A stretch of DNA of 29,533 nucleotides from a virus (taxonomy: Duplodnaviria; Caudoviricetes). A program made the position numbers and the translations under genes. Positions 26,365 through 29,533 of this stretch are shown here, piece after piece. The stretch lies in IMG/VR virus record IMGVR_UViG_3300032330_001915, positions 1 through 29,533 of that record. The stretch is one strand, 5' to 3'. Numbering within the stretch: the first letter of the stretch is position 1; every line of letters begins with the position of its first letter. A model generated the notes under the pieces. That model saw only the letters and a list, made by a program, of their open reading frames with translations, did not search any database and had not been told where the DNA came from.

Positions 26365-26377
26365 AAGCGTATATTTA
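26345..26377 (+). promoter_or_regulatory. Bacteroidota-type promoter for the recombination module
   Basis: TTTG-N21-TATATTTA; the same TATATTTACA occurs at 23481 before the primase gene. Confidence 0.5.
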
Positions 26378-26396
26378 CAATTCAAAACAACATATT

Positions 26397-26930
26397 ATGA
26401 CTACAAAGAAAGCGGAGGCTACACTCGCAGAGCCAATGAACATTTGGCAAAAATTACACGCTGCCAAGCAGCAAATCGGAAAGGTTGCAAAGAATGCAAC
26501 GAATCCTCATTTCAAGAAGAGCTACGCTGATATCAATGCGCTGCTCACAACGGTGGAGCCAATCCTTCACGAGCATGGACTGCTTCTCTTGCAGCCAGTG
26601 GTTGGCAATGATGTGGTGACTCGTATCATCGACATCGATTCTGGTGATGTCATCGAGTCATTCATGAGCCTTCCAGTCATCACAGACCCACAAAAGGTGC
26701 TCGCTGCCGTCACTTACTTCCGTAGAGGTACATTGCAGTCACTGCTATCACTTCAAGCTGTGGATGATGATGGAAACACAGCCGCTCAAGGTGCAGCATC
26801 CAAGCCAACGATCACAGATGACCGCTTCAAAAAAGCACTCGAATCAATCGAAGCTGGCAAGTACACAGCAGAACAGTTGAATTCCAACTATGCACTCACT
26901 GAAGTACAACTCAAAGCTCTCGCACTATGA
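26397..26930 (+). CDS. erf: ERF-family single-strand annealing protein
   Basis: KNATNPHFKKSYAD and PQK...AVTYFRR.TL.SLL.L...DDDGN; start moved to MTTKK. Confidence 0.88.
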   Translation: MTTKKAEATLAEPMNIWQKLHAAKQQIGKVAKNATNPHFKKSYADINALLTTVEPILHEHGLLLLQPVVGNDVVTRIIDIDSGDVIESFMSLPVITDPQKVLAAVTYFRRGTLQSLLSLQAVDDDGNTAAQGAASKPTITDDRFKKALESIEAGKYTAEQLNSNYALTEVQLKALAL

Positions 26931-27544
26931 AATGGCATCCATCGCAAATCGGAAAGCTGATGACCAATGGCAGAGCCAAGGACAGCATCGGAGAAACAGC
27001 CAAGAGCTACATCAAGGAATGTGCGAAGCAAGACTTCTACAACTACACCACAGAACTCAACAACAAATACATCTGGAAGGGTAGAGAGCAAGAGCTGGAA
27101 TCAATCAACCTCATCAACTCGGTGAGATTCACACAGTATACCAAGAATGAAGTGACTATCGAGAATGAATATCTCATCGGAACTGCTGATATCATAATCG
27201 AGCAGCGAGTCATCGACGTCAAAACATCGTGGTCATTGGATACTTTTCCGGCACTGATGGAAGATGCTGTCAATCCACTCTATGAATGGCAGCTGCGTGC
27301 TTACATGATGCTCTATGACAAGCCATGTGCTGAGCTCATATACTGCATGGTCACAACCTGGGATGAATTCCTCAATGAATACGAGAATCTCCAGCTGCAC
27401 AGAGTGGACCACATCAATCCTGAGAAGCGAATCACAGCTCTCTGGTACGATAGAGATGAAGATATTGAGGCAAAGATGGTTGCTCGCCTTAAAGAAGCAT
27501 CCGATCTATATCACGAATATTATGAACAATTAAACAATAAGTAA
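26927..27544 (+). CDS. YqaJ/lambda-exonuclease-like PD-(D/E)xK nuclease
   Basis: G...E, GTAD, IDVK, YEWQL.AYM motifs; coupled to ERF. Confidence 0.82.
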   Translation: MKWHPSQIGKLMTNGRAKDSIGETAKSYIKECAKQDFYNYTTELNNKYIWKGREQELESINLINSVRFTQYTKNEVTIENEYLIGTADIIIEQRVIDVKTSWSLDTFPALMEDAVNPLYEWQLRAYMMLYDKPCAELIYCMVTTWDEFLNEYENLQLHRVDHINPEKRITALWYDRDEDIEAKMVARLKEASDLYHEYYEQLNNK

Positions 27545-27545
27545 A

Positions 27546-27869
27546 ATGGAAGAGCTAAAAGCAAAGGGCACCATTCACCACCTTGGTGAAGCCAGACAAG
27601 TGAGTGAGAAAATGAACATCAGAGAGTTCGTGCTCTCAATCGGTGACAAGTATCCGCAGTTGGTACAATTTCAAGCAGTCAATGAGCGAGTGAAGTTCCT
27701 TGATGGAGCCAAAGTCGGTCAAGAATGTGAGGTCAAGTTCGACCTTCGAGGCAGAGAGTACAATGGCAAGTATTATGTCAGCCTCAATGCTTGGGATATC
27801 CGCATCGCAACGACAGCAGCACCATCAAAACCAATCACAGATGAAATCGATGACGATTTACCTTTCTGA
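27546..27869 (+). CDS. Single-stranded DNA-binding protein (DUF3127-like)
   Basis: REFVL...KYPQ, V.F.LRGREY, AW and acidic DDDLPF tail. Confidence 0.85.
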   Translation: MEELKAKGTIHHLGEARQVSEKMNIREFVLSIGDKYPQLVQFQAVNERVKFLDGAKVGQECEVKFDLRGREYNGKYYVSLNAWDIRIATTAAPSKPITDEIDDDLPF

Positions 27870-28050
27870 TGGCGAGAACATTCGGGACTTCATCCACAAA
27901 GAGTTGAGGTCCCGACTCTCGATTCGCTACAAAATGACACATTTGGCCGAGGATATGAATCTCAACTACTACACCGTCAACCGATTTATGAGAGGTCATG
28001 GGGTGGGAGATGAGTTCTACATTCAAGCATTCAACTTTCTGATGAAATGA
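27850..28050 (+). CDS. Cro/XRE-like HTH protein (start moved to MTIYL)
   Basis: KMTHLAEDMNLNYYTVNRFMRG HTH pattern. Confidence 0.6.
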   Translation: MTIYLSDGENIRDFIHKELRSRLSIRYKMTHLAEDMNLNYYTVNRFMRGHGVGDEFYIQAFNFLMK

Positions 28051-28235
28051 AGTACTTCATCGCATACATAGGCACCAAGAATGACAACCTCGATAACTTG
28101 GTTGCAAGGGTGCATGACTTATTCAACATGATGCCAGGTGTCAACACTTGCATCGTGCTCACCATCTCTGATGAGGTACACATCTCTGAAGTGACTCCAG
28201 AGGAATTTTATGAACAATGGTCAAGCCTTAACTAA
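28047..28235 (+). CDS. Hypothetical protein
   Basis: 62 aa, coupled on both sides. Confidence 0.7.
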   Translation: MKYFIAYIGTKNDNLDNLVARVHDLFNMMPGVNTCIVLTISDEVHISEVTPEEFYEQWSSLN

Positions 28236-28450
28236 TGGAACAGCAAATACAAGACCCAATACTAATCAAGGTGCTTGGTAAGTATTATGAGCGCAGCCAG
28301 CTCGGAATCGAGAAATATGGGCGCACTTTAGATCGTGATGATTTGAGCCTCACCGATTGGCTGAACCACTTACAGGATGAATTGATGGATGCCACGCTCT
28401 ACATTGAGAAGCTGAAGCAAGATGTCAAAACGAATAATGATAAGTGGTAA
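28235..28450 (+). CDS. All-alpha NTP-pyrophosphohydrolase (MazG-like) small protein
   Basis: G..KYG.TL......WL.H.QDELMDA.LY motif. Confidence 0.55.
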   Translation: MEQQIQDPILIKVLGKYYERSQLGIEKYGRTLDRDDLSLTDWLNHLQDELMDATLYIEKLKQDVKTNNDKW

Positions 28451-28547
28451 AAAATGCCACATATGTAAACACGAAATGTAATAAGGGATAGGCGCAACAA
28501 CTCCTGTTTTCAATAGAACGCTGACGGCTCGGAAAGACGAGCAACAT

Positions 28548-28673
28548 AGTCAGGTGGCGGAATGGTAGACGCTATTATCTGAGACGCTGGGCGTGATTCT
28601 CGTTCGATTCGAGAAGTAGACTCTGGTGGGGGTAGGCGCAGCTCATTTACAGGTTCGAATCCTGTCCTGACTA
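28548..28673 (+). ncRNA. tRNA-like RNA (Leu-type D arm) with an expanded, non-canonical anticodon domain
   Basis: Acceptor AGTCAGG/CCTGACT plus discriminator A; D arm GCGGAATGGTAGACGC; T arm ACAGG-TTCGAAT-CCTGT; 76 nt between D and T arms. Confidence 0.8.
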
Positions 28674-28696
28674 CTAACCTTTAAAAAACAAGAAAA

Positions 28697-28891
28697 ATGA
28701 AAACAGCAGTAGAATGGTTAGTTGAGCAATTACCATTAATTCAACAAGAGGGATTAAGAGATATAATTGAACAAGCCAAAGAAATAGAGAAGGAGTATAT
28801 AATTAATGCACATTATCAAGGATATAGACCTTCTATTGGTACTACAGAAATATCAGAACATTACTACAACAAAACATTTAAATCAGAATAA
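28697..28891 (+). CDS. TAVEWL-family small protein (64 aa)
   Basis: MKTAVEWL...EQAKEIEKEYIINA...SEHYYNKTFKSE. Confidence 0.85.
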   Translation: MKTAVEWLVEQLPLIQQEGLRDIIEQAKEIEKEYIINAHYQGYRPSIGTTEISEHYYNKTFKSE

Positions 28892-28892
28892 G

Positions 28893-29033
28893 ATGGAAAA
28901 TAAATTAATAGAAAAAATGAAAGGCATGGTTCTCATTATAGTAATAGCAATATTGGGATTGGGTATTATAAATACATTTATATTATTACAGAGAATACAA
29001 GAATTAGAAAATAAAATAGAAGCGATTAAATAA
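28893..29033 (+). CDS. Single-TM micro-protein with coiled-coil tail (46 aa)
   Basis: MENKLIEKMKGMVLIIVIAILGLGIINTFILLQRIQELENKIEAIK; ATG is part of the linker. Confidence 0.75.
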   Translation: MENKLIEKMKGMVLIIVIAILGLGIINTFILLQRIQELENKIEAIK

Positions 29034-29040
29034 GAATAAT

Positions 29041-29172
29041 ATGACAGGTCTATTTTTATTCACATTCATTTTTATCATTGCTCATTTTTTTGAAAAGTCA
29101 GACCATGATAGAATGAAAGAAGCAGAAAAACTACAAGAAGCAGAAAAATACTATAACGAAACATTTAAATAA
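29041..29172 (+). CDS. Hydrophobic N-terminus micro-protein ending in the family C block (43 aa)
   Basis: Manual translation MTGLFLFTFIFIIAHFFEKSDHDRMKEAEKLQEAEKYYNETFK; linker on both sides. Confidence 0.7.
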   Translation: MTGLFLFTFIFIIAHFFEKSDHDRMKEAEKLQEAEKYYNETFK

Positions 29173-29179
29173 GAATAAG

Positions 29180-29425
29180 ATGAAAACAGAAAAACAATTA
29201 ACAGCAGTAGAATGGTTGTGTAATGAATGGCTTTATTTAGACCAACAATTTGATATGTGCCTAATAGATAGAAATATTTATTGGGATAAACTTCGACAAA
29301 TTCAAGAACAATCCAAAGAAATGGAGAAGGAGCAGATAATGAATGCTTTTGATGAATGCGGAATGTGGCAAGATAATTATTCAGACTCAGAACATTACTA
29401 CAACAAAACATTTAAATCAGAATAA
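29180..29425 (+). CDS. TAVEWL-family small protein (81 aa)
   Basis: LTAVEWL...EQSKEMEKEQIMNA...SEHYYNKTFKSE. Confidence 0.85.
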   Translation: MKTEKQLTAVEWLCNEWLYLDQQFDMCLIDRNIYWDKLRQIQEQSKEMEKEQIMNAFDECGMWQDNYSDSEHYYNKTFKSE

Positions 29426-29426
29426 G

Positions 29427-29533
29427 ATGCTACGTAAGTTAATAGAAAAATGGTCTTGTAAGCATAAGTGGGAAATACACAACACCACAAACATACGTGA
29501 TACCGAAATGCCAGATATACCAACAGCGGTAAG
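29427..29533 (+). CDS. 5' part of junction-spanning 52-aa CxH...CxxC protein (ends at 113)
   Basis: ATG in linker 29411-29429; frame continues through the terminal overlap. Confidence 0.8.
   Translation, partial: MLRKLIEKWSCKHKWEIHNTTNIRDTEMPDIPTAV
29473..29533. repeat. Terminal direct repeat identical to 1-61
   Basis: Exact 61-nt match. Confidence 0.95.

Larger units (their letters stand above)
28680..29533 (+). repeat. Linker-delimited mini-gene array (continues at 1-1044)
   Basis: WTTAAATMAGAATAAKATG at 28877, 29025, 29164, 29411, 109; TTAAA..CAAGAAMAAT variants at 28680, 185, 400, 501, 1027. Confidence 0.85.

Noticed and set aside
28521-28542. Hammerhead ribozyme (CTGA...GAAA)
   Set aside because: CTGACGG lacks the CUGANGA core and the GAAA lies in a hairpin loop rather than at a three-way junction
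28548-28673. tmRNA, group I intron-containing tRNA, or attP site
   Set aside because: No G3-U70 alanine identity or tag ORF; insert too short for a group I intron; no integrase encoded
28806-28892. Upstream extension of the 28806-29033 ORF in the track
   Set aside because: Overlaps the TAVEWL gene; the ATG at 28893 sits in the conserved linker and is the likelier start
28697-29425. Diversity-generating retroelement behind the paralogue variation
   Set aside because: No reverse transcriptase in the genome; differences are length-changing segment swaps, not adenine-specific substitutions
28680-29533. CRISPR array interpretation of the repeated linkers
   Set aside because: Repeats are short, degenerate and non-palindromic; spacers are 70-250 bp intact ORFs; no cas genes
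1-29533. Stop-codon reassignment
   Set aside because: Core genes are full length under code 11, and TAA, TAG and TGA all end genes with tight coupling

Overview
The window is an apparently complete, circularly permuted tailed-phage genome of 29,472 bp. A 61-bp terminal overlap and an ORF that reads through the junction support circularity. It is most likely a lytic siphovirus of a Bacteroidota host (TAnnTTTG-type promoters, no Shine-Dalgarno sites, DUF3127-like SSB, VirE-N/BT4734-like primase-helicase). Order: an AT-rich mini-gene array across the junction, ECF-like sigma factor, terminase, tail genes, an inverted pair of paralogous chaperone-like genes, head genes, lysis cassette, control region, early genes, origin with primase-helicase, ERF/exonuclease/SSB recombination module, and a tRNA-like RNA. 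No integrase, DNA polymerase, reverse transcriptase or CRISPR array is visible. Strongest leads: (1) about 10 tandem micro-ORFs separated by a conserved 18-21 bp linker and built from shuffled constant blocks (TAVEWL / EQAKEMEKEQ / YYNKTFKSE) around hypervariable segments; (2) a Leu-type tRNA-like RNA directly upstream whose anticodon arm is replaced by a 76-nt insert carrying a second T-loop hairpin; (3) a four-copy late promoter motif AACA-N12/13-TTGCAATATAA plausibly read by the phage sigma factor. All product names come from motif recognition by eye; no database searches were run.
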